A stretch of 53,509 nucleotides of DNA from an uncultured Gemmatimonadaceae bacterium (GTDB taxonomy: Bacteria; Gemmatimonadota; Gemmatimonadetes; Longimicrobiales; RSA9): NCBI GenBank assembly GCA_964391035.1, contig CAYMLW010000002.1, positions 1 to 53,509 on the forward strand. Reading direction: 5' to 3'. Position numbers and translations under genes: made by a program. Positions 8,244-16,760 of this stretch are shown one piece after another (positions within the stretch are counted from its first letter, which is position 1; every line of letters starts with the position of its first letter). The notes below the pieces were generated by a model that was not told the DNA's origin, searched no databases, and saw nothing but the letters and a program-made list of their open reading frames with translations.

Positions 8244-9377
8244 CTACCGCAGGAGCTGCAGAATCGACTGGGGCGCCTGGTTCGCCTGCGCCAGCATGGC
8301 CGTACCGGCCTGCTGCAGAATCTGCACGCGGCTGAGCTCCGTCATCTCCTTGGCCATGTCGGCGTCACGGATCGTGGACTCGGCCGCGGCCGTGTTCTCG
8401 ATCGTCGCCTGCACGTTCTGGAGGGCGTAGTCCAGCCGGTTCTGCGCCGCACCGATCTTACCGATCTCGCTGTTCAGCGTGACGATGGCCGCGTCCAGGT
8501 TGGTCAACGCCGTCTGGGCGTTGGCCGCCGTGAGGAGGTCATCGCCGTCGATGCCGAGCGTGCTCGCGTCCACGTCCACTGCGTTGATGGAGACGAGGTC
8601 GTTGCCGGCGTACTGCCCGCTCGAGCTGACCATGAAGGAGCCGCTCGCGGTGCCGCTGACGATGATCGTCGCGGTGTCCGCCGAGCCCGCCGTGTCGGTC
8701 CCGTTGGAGATCGTGAAGTCGTCGCCCAGCTTCAGCGTGATGCCGAACTGAGAGAAGCTCAGCGACTGCTTCCCGCTGGCCACGCCCGTCACGGTCTGGG
8801 AGTTCCCGCTGCCGTCGCTCAAGGTCACGCTGCCCCCATCGTCCGCATCGTTGGCGATGGTGTAGGTGGCGGCCGCGGTGCCGTTGAGGTCGACGTCGTA
8901 GACGCCCGTCGAGCCGCCGTCCCAGGTGCCGCCGGTCACGCTGGCGCCGAAGCCGCCGGCGAGGAGCGTCTGGCCGTTGAAGGTGGTGGTGTTGACGATC
9001 CGGTCCAGCTCGCCGAGGAGCGAGGAGAACTCGGAGTTCAGCTGCGTCTTGGCGTCGCCGTTGTCGGCGCCCGAGCTGGCGGAGTTCGCCTGCGTGGCCA
9101 GCTCCTTCATCCGATCGAGGATGCTGCTGATCTGGGTGGTCGCGCCCTCCATGACCTGCAGCATGGCTCCGCTCTGCTCGGCGTTCCGGCTGGCCTGCTC
9201 CAGCGCCCGGACGTCCGCCCGCAGGGTGTTCGCGATCCCGAGGCCGGCGGCGTCGTCCGCGGCCTTGTTGATCCGGAAGCCGGACGACAGCCGGCCGATC
9301 TGCTCGGCGGCCACCTTGTTGGTCTGGCCCAGGATCCGCTGAGTGTTCAGCGCTGAGACGTTCGTGTTGATCCGCAT
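8244..9377 (-). CDS. fliC: flagellin
   Basis: 'MRINTNVSALNTQRILGQTN...RLSSGFRINKAADDAAGL' and the C-terminal 'MLAQANQAPQSILQLLR' are the canonical flagellin D0/D1 ends. Confidence 0.95.
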   Translation of the reverse strand: MRINTNVSALNTQRILGQTNKVAAEQIGRLSSGFRINKAADDAAGLGIANTLRADVRALEQASRNAEQSGAMLQVMEGATTQISSILDRMKELATQANSASSGADNGDAKTQLNSEFSSLLGELDRIVNTTTFNGQTLLAGGFGASVTGGTWDGGSTGVYDVDLNGTAAATYTIANDADDGGSVTLSDGSGNSQTVTGVASGKQSLSFSQFGITLKLGDDFTISNGTDTAGSADTATIIVSGTASGSFMVSSSGQYAGNDLVSINAVDVDASTLGIDGDDLLTAANAQTALTNLDAAIVTLNSEIGKIGAAQNRLDYALQNVQATIENTAAAESTIRDADMAKEMTELSRVQILQQAGTAMLAQANQAPQSILQLLR

Positions 9378-9380
9378 GGT

Positions 9381-9422
9381 GCTTTCTCCATCCCTTGAGA
9401 GGTACCGGGGCTTCCCTGCCCC
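9381..9422 (-). promoter_or_regulatory. fliC 5' leader with two GGA-type CsrA-binding-site candidates
   Basis: The leader RNA contains hairpin GGGGC-AGGGAA-GCCCC (9407..9422) with GGA in the loop. It also contains CAAGGGAUGGAGAAAG, which overlaps the Shine-Dalgarno. csrA and fliW are both present in the window. Confidence 0.45.
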
Positions 9423-9459
9423 TTCTTTCCGACCGCTTGTTCGGCCGACTATGTCAGTG

Positions 9460-9485
9460 TATCGGCGGCCTTTCCCGGGACTTTA
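9460..9485 (-). promoter_or_regulatory. sigma-28 promoter of fliC
   Basis: Minus strand reads TAAA-GTCCCGGGAAAGGCC(15)-GCCGATAC, a near-perfect match to TAAA-N15-GCCGATAA. It lies 83 nt upstream of the fliC ATG. Confidence 0.7.
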
Positions 9486-9598
9486 GCGGCGCGTTCCGTC
9501 TGGCTGGCGAGATCGAGGGTCGAGACCCGGCTCCGAGAATCGAGGATTCGAGATCGAGACCGGGAGGCGAGGGGGGAGGAGCGAAGGCAGGTGTCGAA

Positions 9599-9627
9599 GG
9601 GCGAGGGAGGAGGGGTGGGAGGGGGGG
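9599..9627 (+). other. G-quadruplex-type G-run motif
   Basis: GGG-CGA-GGG-AGGA-GGGG-T-GGG-A-GGGGGGG on the plus strand. It sits inside a longer purine-rich tract between the EAL gene stop and the fliC promoter. Confidence 0.35.
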
Positions 9628-9686
9628 CGGCCCGGCGGTTGAGGCGGACGGGGGTGGCCGGGCCGGTGGGACCGTCGGGCGAGGGG

Positions 9687-10940
9687 TCAGAGGTTGAGGG
9701 CGCGGATATGGCGGTCGGCCTCGAAGAGGGCATCGAGGTAGACCTCCCGGAGGTCGAGAGAAGTGGCGTGTGCGCTCTTCACGAGGCCGGGCACTTCGAG
9801 CCAGTGGCCGCCTTCGTAGGCCTCGACGAGTGCGAGGACCGGGGCGAGGGGGCCGCGTCGGGCCGTGAGGGCCTGGTAGACTTCGGGCCGGAGGTCGATC
9901 CGGTCGAGGAGGTCGGCCATGGGAGCGCCCAGGAGGGCGTCGAGTCGTGAGAAGAGGCCGGTCATGTAGAGCGCGGGAGCGGCGCCCGAGTGTCCGGAGC
10001 CGAGTGCGATGCGCTCGCACATACCGGCCCGGAGCAGAGCGCTCTGGGCCAACTCGCCTCGGGGTCCGTGGGAGGCGCCGGAGGCGAGCATGAGTGCGAG
10101 CCACCGGTGGAGTGACTGACGCCCCAGCAGACGGAGGGCATGGCCGATGGAGACGATGCCGCGGCCGCCCATGGCCGCGGAGTTCACCATGCGGAGCAGC
10201 TTGTAGGAGAGGGACACGTCGCCCCGGAACACGCGCTCGACCTCGGGGTCGGAGGTTTCCGGGTCGTTCACGAGGTTGAGCAGTCGCATGACGTTCATCT
10301 GCTCGACGGTGAGGTCCCGTCGGGCGAGGGTCTGGGGCCGGCTGAAGTGGTAGCCCTGGAAGTACTCGAATCCGAGGTCCAGGGCGGCCTGGTGCGCGGC
10401 TTCGTCCTCGACCTTCTCTGCCAGGAGCGCGGCGCCGTACGGTCGCACCCGGTCGACCAGGGCCTCGAGCTGGTCCGGCGTATGCTGGAGGAGGTCGACT
10501 TTCACGACGGAGGCGAGGAGCAGGAAGGGCTCCGAGTCGGGGTGTACGACGAAGTCGTCCAGGGCGATCCTGTAGCCCAGCCCGGCGATCCGCTCGAGGG
10601 CCGGAATGGTCTCTTCATCGGGCCGAACGTCCTCGAGGACCTCGACCACGACCTGTTTCGGGTCGAACAGCTCGACGGCACCGTCCACGATCATGGGGCG
10701 GGTGACATTGAGGTACGCGGGTCGGCCGCCGGTCAGGTCCCCGAGTCCCATCCCGAGGAGCACGTCCACCACGACGCCCGGAGCCATGGCCTCGGCGAGG
10801 GAGCCGTCGCTCCCCTCCCCTGCCGTATCCGCCGTCGCGCTGCCCCGGTACAGCAGCTCGTAGCCGTGGACGTGGTTGGTCGCGTCGAAGATCGGCTGAC
10901 GCGCGACGAACACCTGCCGGGTCTCCTGTTGGACGCTCAT
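9687..10940 (-). CDS. EAL-domain plus HDOD-domain protein (c-di-GMP phosphodiesterase-like)
   Basis: 'VARQPIFDATNHVHGYELLYR', 'VVEVLEDV', 'IALDDF', 'LLAEKVED' and 'FQGYHFSRP' are EAL hallmarks. The C-terminal 'SYKLLRMVNSAAMG...IGHALRLLG' is HDOD-like. The ATG overlaps the motB stop (ATGA). Confidence 0.8.
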   Translation of the reverse strand: MSVQQETRQVFVARQPIFDATNHVHGYELLYRGSATADTAGEGSDGSLAEAMAPGVVVDVLLGMGLGDLTGGRPAYLNVTRPMIVDGAVELFDPKQVVVEVLEDVRPDEETIPALERIAGLGYRIALDDFVVHPDSEPFLLLASVVKVDLLQHTPDQLEALVDRVRPYGAALLAEKVEDEAAHQAALDLGFEYFQGYHFSRPQTLARRDLTVEQMNVMRLLNLVNDPETSDPEVERVFRGDVSLSYKLLRMVNSAAMGGRGIVSIGHALRLLGRQSLHRWLALMLASGASHGPRGELAQSALLRAGMCERIALGSGHSGAAPALYMTGLFSRLDALLGAPMADLLDRIDLRPEVYQALTARRGPLAPVLALVEAYEGGHWLEVPGLVKSAHATSLDLREVYLDALFEADRHIRALNL

Positions 10941-11800
10941 GATGCTCCGTAGAAGCTCAGGTTGCCAGGATCCGGTCTCTGTTCAGGCCCGATCTCGATT
11001 GCCGGGGTCGACGCGGGTCGGAACGGGATGAGCATGGTGATGCGCCGGTTGCGGGGATCGAAGGGTTCGTCGGGGATGCGGAGATCGCGGTCGGAGTAGC
11101 CGCGCACCTCGAGGACCTTCGCGCCCCTGTAGCCGCTCCGCTCGAGGGCGAGCCGTGCCGCGTGGGCCCGGTCGGTGGACAGCTCCCAGTTGGAGTACCC
11201 GCTCCGGCCGTAGGGCATGGCGTCGGTGTGGCCCTCGAGCACGATGCCGTTGTCGAGGGCGTCCAGCTCCGGCCCCATCAGCAGGATCAGGCGTTCCGCC
11301 GATGGCTTGAGCTGGGAGGAGGCCACCGGGAAGAAGGTCTCGCCGCCGGCATCCTCGATCAGCTCGATCCGCAGTCCTTCATCGGTGATCTCGAGCTCGA
11401 TCTGATCGGCCATCTCTTGCAGGTCCGGGCGAGTCTCCAGCTTGTCGAGGATCTCCTGTCGGACCGACTCGAACTGCCGCTGCTGCGCTTCCCTGGAAAG
11501 GAGCAGTAGCCGTTCCACGTTCATGTTCGCGGGCGAGTTGGCCACCGAGAGGATGTTCTTCCCGGCGGCGTGTGCCTTCTTGTACCCGATCGGGTTGTTG
11601 AAGTAGCCCTGGACCGCCTCCTTGACCCCCGCCTCCATGCCCATGATCCACATGACGAGGAAGAACGCCATCATGGCGGTGACGAAGTCGGCGTATGCCA
11701 CCTTCCAGGAACCGCCATGGTGGGCGGCGTGGTCCTTCTTCCGCTTCTTGACGACCCGGATGACGGTGGTCGTGTTCCTGGGGTCGTGCTCCGGAATCAT
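10937..11800 (-). CDS. motB: flagellar stator protein MotB
   Basis: 'WKVAYADFVTAMMAFFLVMWIM' is the plug/TM segment with the conserved Asp. There is a C-terminal OmpA-like peptidoglycan-binding domain ('LEGHTD...SNWELSTDRA'). Confidence 0.9.
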   Translation of the reverse strand: MIPEHDPRNTTTVIRVVKKRKKDHAAHHGGSWKVAYADFVTAMMAFFLVMWIMGMEAGVKEAVQGYFNNPIGYKKAHAAGKNILSVANSPANMNVERLLLLSREAQQRQFESVRQEILDKLETRPDLQEMADQIELEITDEGLRIELIEDAGGETFFPVASSQLKPSAERLILLMGPELDALDNGIVLEGHTDAMPYGRSGYSNWELSTDRAHAARLALERSGYRGAKVLEVRGYSDRDLRIPDEPFDPRNRRITMLIPFRPASTPAIEIGPEQRPDPGNLSFYGAS

Positions 11801-12651
11801 CGCCGCCTCCTGGTCATGTCCTCGAGCTCCGCGAAGGTCGGGCGGTCCTCCGGCTCGATGTTGCGCCGTGCGAACTCGACCGAGGTGATGGGGGGGTCAC
11901 CCCGGGCGAAGCTGAGAAGCGCGGTCCGGATGACCCCCATATACGACTCCTCGGCTCCGACCCGCGCGGCCAGGGCCTGACTCAGCGGCGCGAACACGCC
12001 GTACGCCAGGAGGACTCCGAGGAACGTCCCGACCAGGGCCGCCGCGATGGAGTGCCCGATCTCGGACGCGGCCCCGCCGATGTGGCCCATGGTGATGATC
12101 ACGCCCAGGACGGCGGCCACGATCCCGAAGCCGGGCATGGCATCGCCCACCTGGGCCAGGGCGATGGACGGCTTCATCGAGTGCTCGTGCTGGGTCTCCA
12201 TGTCCAGGTCGAGGATCTCGGCGAGGTGGTGGTCGGCCACGGCGCCGGTGAGAAGGACCTTCATGGTGTCGGAGAGGAAGCTGACGGCGTGGAGCTGCTT
12301 TCGTACGGTGGGGTAGTTGTTGAACAGCTCGCTGGACTCGGGCTCCTCGATGTGCTGCTCGATCCCGACCAGACCATCGCGCTTCGCGGCGTAGAAGAGG
12401 TCGTAGAGGACCTGGAGGAGCTCCTCGTATGAGGTCCGGGTGTACGGGGTCGGCTTCAGCAGGCCGAGGACCTCTCGGAAGATCCGCATGAGCTCAATGG
12501 GCCCGTTGCTGATGAGCATGGCGCCGAGACCCGCGCCGCCGATGATGATGATCTCGGAGATCTGCACGAGGACCATGATCTCGCCCCCGTGCAAGGTGAA
12601 GCCGAATACGATGCTGCCGAATACGACAGCGAAGCCGATGATCGTGAACAA
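11797..12651 (-). CDS. motA: flagellar stator protein MotA
   Basis: Four-TM layout. 'GIVAAVLGVIITMGHIGG' and 'ALVGTFLGVLLAYGVFAPL' are typical MotA/ExbB C-terminal helices. The stop overlaps the motB start (ATGA). The apparent start codon is TTG. Confidence 0.9.
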   Translation of the reverse strand: MFTIIGFAVVFGSIVFGFTLHGGEIMVLVQISEIIIIGGAGLGAMLISNGPIELMRIFREVLGLLKPTPYTRTSYEELLQVLYDLFYAAKRDGLVGIEQHIEEPESSELFNNYPTVRKQLHAVSFLSDTMKVLLTGAVADHHLAEILDLDMETQHEHSMKPSIALAQVGDAMPGFGIVAAVLGVIITMGHIGGAASEIGHSIAAALVGTFLGVLLAYGVFAPLSQALAARVGAEESYMGVIRTALLSFARGDPPITSVEFARRNIEPEDRPTFAELEDMTRRRR

Positions 12652-12698
12652 GACGACTCGCCCGAGCTGTGACTCTGTGTCCCCGTACGGTTGGGGAG

Positions 12699-12724
12699 TA
12701 TCGGCGGTCGTCGTCCGAACTGAA
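12699..12724 (-). promoter_or_regulatory. sigma-28 promoter candidate for motA-motB-EAL
   Basis: Minus strand reads TTCA-GTTCGGACGACGACC(15)-GCCGATAC. The -10 is strong and the -35 is weak. It lies 48 nt upstream of the motA start. Confidence 0.4.
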
Positions 12725-12781
12725 GGAAGGACCGTAACGAAGGAGGGCGTACCGAGGCGTGCGGGGGCCCGATCGACCGGC

Positions 12782-13006
12782 TCAGTCGGGGGCGAGCCGG
12801 TCGGCCCATGCCCGGGCCCGGTCGCCGGCCGTGGCCCGGCGGTTCTCGTCGGTGATCTCGGTCACGATCTCCTCCCGGACGATGCCCACGGAATCGGGTG
12901 CCTCGATCCCGAGCCGGACGGTACCGCCTTCCACGGCGAGAACCACCACACGGATGCCGCCATCGATGAGGATGGCGTCGCCCGGCCGGCGCCCGAGAAT
13001 CAGCAC
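12782..13006 (-). CDS. csrA: carbon storage regulator CsrA (flagellar-type)
   Basis: 'MLILGRRPGDAILIDGGIRVVVLAVEGGTVRLGIEAPDSVGIVREEI' is the CsrA fold signature. The GTG start overlaps the flgK stop by 1 nt. Confidence 0.9.
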   Translation of the reverse strand: MLILGRRPGDAILIDGGIRVVVLAVEGGTVRLGIEAPDSVGIVREEIVTEITDENRRATAGDRARAWADRLAPD

Positions 13007-14376
13007 TAGACCATTCCGAGGATGGTCTGGAGCATCTCGTCGACGCGGGAGACGATCCGGGCGGCGGCCCCGTAGGCGGCCTGCTGCTGTATCATGAGGG
13101 CCAGCTCCTCGTCGATGGCGACGCCGCTCACCTCGTCACGCCGGGTCTGGGCCTGGAGCGCCAGCGTGTCATGGACCTTCTCGGAGCTCTGGGCCGCGGA
13201 CAGTGCGGCGCCGCTCGAGGCCACCAGGTCGCCGTACGCGGCCGCGAGGTCGGGGTGGTCCCGCAGCGCGGACATGGCCAGGGCGATGTCGTTGGCTCCC
13301 GACTCGTACGCGCCGGAGCCGCTCGTCCCGGCGGCGATCGCGTCCCGCGGGTCCCGGAGCGGGTCGAGGCCGAGGAGGTCGTCGGTCAACTCGATGCGTC
13401 CGCCGTCGAGCTCCTTGAAGAAGAGCTCGCCCGTGACGCCGTCCGGTGTAGTGCCCGTGACGTGGAGGTCGTTCACGGCCGTGATGATGTCGCCGGCCAG
13501 CGTCTCCACACGCGTGCGCACGCTGTCGAGATCCCGGGCCATGGCGTGGATCAGCCCGCCGATCCTGCCGCCCGGGCGGGTCATGGGAGTGTGATCGCCG
13601 AACTGGAGGCCGGCCATGGCGCCGTCCGCCCCGTAGATGTCCACGGTCCGGGCCGTGACCCCGTCGACGAGAGCCTGGCCCTCGATGTAGACACCGACAC
13701 CGCCGAAGTCCCGCTCGATGACCTGGACGTCCACGAGCGCGGCCAGCTCGTCCAGCGCGGTGTCCCGCTGATCGCGGAGGTCCCCAGCCTCCGAGCCCCC
13801 CGCTTCGGCGGCCACGATCCGGCCGTTGGTCTCGGCGATGTGGGCGGCCAGCGCGTTGACCCGGCTGACCAGCTCGGTGACCCGCTGGCGTGCGAAGTGC
13901 TCGATATCGTCGAGCCCGCTGACCACCTGGTCGAACCGATCGCCCAACTCCATGGCCCGTTCCCGGATCACGGCCCGGGTCGCGCCGTCCAGCGGGTTGT
14001 TGGCCAGGTCGCTCCACGCATTCCAGAATGCATCGAGGGTGGCGAGGATTCCGGTCTCGGACGGCTCACCGAAGACCTGCTCCATCTCCCGGAGCTGGGT
14101 CGAGCGCTCTCCGTGGAAGGCCGACAACGCGCTCTCCCGCCGGTAGATCTCGTCCAGGAGCGGATCACGGAGCCGATCGATTCTGTCGATTTCGACGCCG
14201 CGTCCCACCATGCCCTCGGGCGTGATGAGCGGCTGCGTTGCCTTGAGGATCGCCCGCTGCCGGGAGTAGCCGTCCGTCTGGGCGTTGCTGATGTTGTGGG
14301 CGGTCACGGCCAGCGACTTCTGATGCGTGATGAGCGACCGGGCCGCGGCGGAGAGGATTCCGTTGATGCTCGACAT
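13006..14376 (-). CDS. flgK: hook-filament junction protein FlgK (HAP1)
   Basis: 'MSSINGILSAAARSLITHQKSLAVTAHNISNAQTDGYSRQ' is the N-terminal rod/hook motif. 'EELALMIQQQAAYGAAARIV' is the C-terminal helix. The ATG at 14376 overlaps the flgN stop. Confidence 0.9.
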   Translation of the reverse strand: MSSINGILSAAARSLITHQKSLAVTAHNISNAQTDGYSRQRAILKATQPLITPEGMVGRGVEIDRIDRLRDPLLDEIYRRESALSAFHGERSTQLREMEQVFGEPSETGILATLDAFWNAWSDLANNPLDGATRAVIRERAMELGDRFDQVVSGLDDIEHFARQRVTELVSRVNALAAHIAETNGRIVAAEAGGSEAGDLRDQRDTALDELAALVDVQVIERDFGGVGVYIEGQALVDGVTARTVDIYGADGAMAGLQFGDHTPMTRPGGRIGGLIHAMARDLDSVRTRVETLAGDIITAVNDLHVTGTTPDGVTGELFFKELDGGRIELTDDLLGLDPLRDPRDAIAAGTSGSGAYESGANDIALAMSALRDHPDLAAAYGDLVASSGAALSAAQSSEKVHDTLALQAQTRRDEVSGVAIDEELALMIQQQAAYGAAARIVSRVDEMLQTILGMV

Positions 14377-14885
14377 CAGACTCTCTGGTTGATGAGGGCT
14401 GGTTCCCGTCCCCCCGCGCCCCACGTCCCGTTCTCGCCATACCCGGCGGAGGTCGGGGTCATGAGTCGCTGGACGTACTCGTTGCCGGTGTCGATGGCCC
14501 GGGTCAGGACGGCCCGGTTCAGCGACACCTCCGCCGAGACCGCCCGGGCGACCTGGCCGAGTTCGCGGCTGCGCGCGGTGAGCTCCGGCGTCATGTGGGT
14601 GCCGAGGGCCTCGCCGAGTTCGTCGACCGGAACGTCCCTGCGGTCGGTCAGAAGGTGGACCAGAGTCTGGCGGCGATTGCGTGCCTCGCCCAGGGTCTGG
14701 AGGACCCGATGGGCGGCATGGACGGACTCGTCGACCTTCGCCACGTCGTTCTCAGCGACGCCTTCACGCTGTTCCCTGAGGATCGCCTCGAGCCGGCCGA
14801 GGAGCCGGCTCTCGGTGTCGAGGGACTCGGCCAGCGACCGGATCGTCCGGCCGATGGTGGCCGTGTCCAGGTGCGCGGCGCTCAC
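14376..14885 (-). CDS. flgN: FlgN-family export chaperone (putative)
   Basis: Helical 169-aa protein located between flgJ and flgK. 'LLGRLEAILREQREGVAENDVAKVDE...LQTLGEARNRR' fits the FlgN pattern. Confidence 0.6.
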   Translation of the reverse strand: MSAAHLDTATIGRTIRSLAESLDTESRLLGRLEAILREQREGVAENDVAKVDESVHAAHRVLQTLGEARNRRQTLVHLLTDRRDVPVDELGEALGTHMTPELTARSRELGQVARAVSAEVSLNRAVLTRAIDTGNEYVQRLMTPTSAGYGENGTWGAGGREPALINQRV

Positions 14886-15169
14886 GATCCCGTCCCCCGG
14901 ATGAGCTGGCGGTAGAGGGCATCCGCCAGCCCGCCACCCCCACGCCGGGCCGTGAGTCCGGCAACGTGTTCATCGAGGAGCGCCGTAAAGACCTCCTCCG
15001 AACGACCCGCATCCAGCAGCCCGCCTTCGGGAACCGTGGCTCGCATGGCCTTGAACATCTCCTGTACGAATACGGCTTCGAAATCCCGGGTCGCGGCCCG
15101 GAGCCGGTCGTCGTCGATTCGCGAGCGGGCCGCGTCGAGGGCGCCGCCCACGCCGTCGCCAACCTTCAT
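14882..15169 (-). CDS. flgJ: FlgJ rod-binding domain protein (no hydrolase domain)
   Basis: 95 aa only. 'RAATRDFEAVFVQEMFKAMR' and 'FTALLDEHVA' are the Rod_binding motif. There is no glucosaminidase or peptidase part. Confidence 0.7.
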   Translation of the reverse strand: MKVGDGVGGALDAARSRIDDDRLRAATRDFEAVFVQEMFKAMRATVPEGGLLDAGRSEEVFTALLDEHVAGLTARRGGGGLADALYRQLIRGTGS

Positions 15170-16197
15170 CGTACCACCACCTCTCCGTGGATCGCGCCAA
15201 CCTCCCGGAGCGACCGGAAGATCGCCGCGATGGCCGAGGGCGTGGCCGCGACCGCGTGGAGCGCGATGGCCACGTCCTGGACCGATGTCCCGACCGGGAC
15301 CCGAACGCTGCCCGGCGTGCCGTCCTCGACGGTCCCGCCGATGGCGAGGGTCAGCGCCCCGTGGCTGACCACCGCCTCGCCCACCGTGAGCCCCGCGCCC
15401 GCGACCACGGTCCCGTCCCTCGAGTCGATGACCACGCGGGCCACCCGCTCCGGGTCCACGGCCACCTCCTCGACCTGGCCGAGGAAGACCGGGAGCGACG
15501 CGTCGGTCGGCGGCTCGAGCCGGACGGAGCCGGGATCCTCCACGGTGGCCGTCTCGCTGCCCAGTGCGGCGTTCACCGCGCCGGCCACGCGCACGGCCGT
15601 GCCGAGGTCGGGCTCTCGCAGCAGGAGCCGGGTCGGCCCTTCGAAGGCCGGGGTCGCCATGCCGATCTGGAGCAGGCCGCCCGACGGGATGGTCGCCGCC
15701 GTCTCCACCCGGTATTCCCCCCGGACCGCCCTGCCCTCACTGATCACCACCGCGCCCTGTGCGGTAGCGAAGGGAGGGGCGTCGGGTCGGCTCAGGAGCG
15801 GAGCGGAGTAGAGCTGACCGCCGCGCAACGACACGGCGTCGCCCATGGAGGCCACGCTCACGTCGAATCGACCGCCAGGCCGGAGGTACGGCGACACCTC
15901 GGCCGTCACCAGGACGGCGGCCACGTTGCGGGTGCGGAGCAGCTCGGCCGGGACCTGGACGCCGAACCGGCGCAGCAGGTTGGTCACCGAGCGGACGGTC
16001 TGCGGCGATCCCCGGCCGCCCACGGCCCGGTCCCCGGTGCCGTCGAGGCCCACGACCAGGCCGTAGCCCATGAGCCGGACCGGCACATCACGCTCGACCG
16101 TGACGAGGTCCTTGACGCGCACGGACTGGGCCGCGGCGGACCCGGTCAGGCCGGCTGCCAGGGCCAGGAGAGCCAGAGTAGCGACGGGGCGGCTCAT
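15166..16197 (-). CDS. flgI: P-ring protein FlgI
   Basis: A signal peptide is followed by 'VRVKDLVTVERDVPVRLMGYGLVVGLDGTGD'. The rest is collinear with FlgI. Confidence 0.95.
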   Translation of the reverse strand: MSRPVATLALLALAAGLTGSAAAQSVRVKDLVTVERDVPVRLMGYGLVVGLDGTGDRAVGGRGSPQTVRSVTNLLRRFGVQVPAELLRTRNVAAVLVTAEVSPYLRPGGRFDVSVASMGDAVSLRGGQLYSAPLLSRPDAPPFATAQGAVVISEGRAVRGEYRVETAATIPSGGLLQIGMATPAFEGPTRLLLREPDLGTAVRVAGAVNAALGSETATVEDPGSVRLEPPTDASLPVFLGQVEEVAVDPERVARVVIDSRDGTVVAGAGLTVGEAVVSHGALTLAIGGTVEDGTPGSVRVPVGTSVQDVAIALHAVAATPSAIAAIFRSLREVGAIHGEVVVR

Positions 16198-16760
16198 GGC
16201 CAGATCCAGCCGATGATCCGGGTGATCAGCCCCTGCCGGGCCTTCCCCAGGTTACCGCTGGCCTCGTATTCGATGGTGGCGTCGGCCACGCGCCAGGACT
16301 CGATCACGTTGTGGGGCGGTACATCCTCGGGCCGCACCCAGCCCGTGAGCCGCAGCTCCTGCTCGTGGCCGTCGATCTGAAGGGCCTTGGTGCCCTCGAC
16401 CCGGAGCCGGCCGGCGGAATCGACCTCGACCACGCGGACGGTGATCTCGCCGGCGAGGCGGTCGTGGCGCGTCGCCTGACCCCGGTTCTCGGAGCGACCC
16501 GCCGTGCCCGTCTGGAGACCGGCGCTGCCGAGGGTCGTGCCGTCATACGACCCGGCCGCCGAGAGCGCCCGCGTCCGCTCTTCCTGGGCGCTCTCGTTCC
16601 GGTTCGCGGAGGCCAGGGTGTACTCGTCCAGGAGCACCGAGATCATGTCGCCCACCCGGAACACCTGGGCATCGGAGGTCCAGGAGACCGGGGCCTGGGC
16701 CCGGGCCGGTCCGGCGGCCAGGACCGCCGCTATCACGATGACATCTCTCCACGCCCTCAT
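16194..16760 (-). CDS. flgH: L-ring protein FlgH
   Basis: The ATG at 16760 overlaps the flgA stop (ATGA). 'FRVGDMISVLLDE', 'LAGEITVRVVEV...GRLRVEG', 'LTGWVRPEDV' and 'IEYEASG' are FlgH blocks. The 96-codon track extension is Arg/Gly-rich. Confidence 0.85.
   Translation of the reverse strand: MRAWRDVIVIAAVLAAGPARAQAPVSWTSDAQVFRVGDMISVLLDEYTLASANRNESAQEERTRALSAAGSYDGTTLGSAGLQTGTAGRSENRGQATRHDRLAGEITVRVVEVDSAGRLRVEGTKALQIDGHEQELRLTGWVRPEDVPPHNVIESWRVADATIEYEASGNLGKARQGLITRIIGWIWP

Noticed and set aside
9395-10104. ORFs 9395..9697(+), 9449..9733(-) and 9454..10104(-) in and around the fliC upstream region.
   Set aside because: These are Gly/Arg-rich or Pro/Arg-rich low-complexity translations. 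They overlap the fliC promoter or leader, or the EAL gene. There are no start-site signals.
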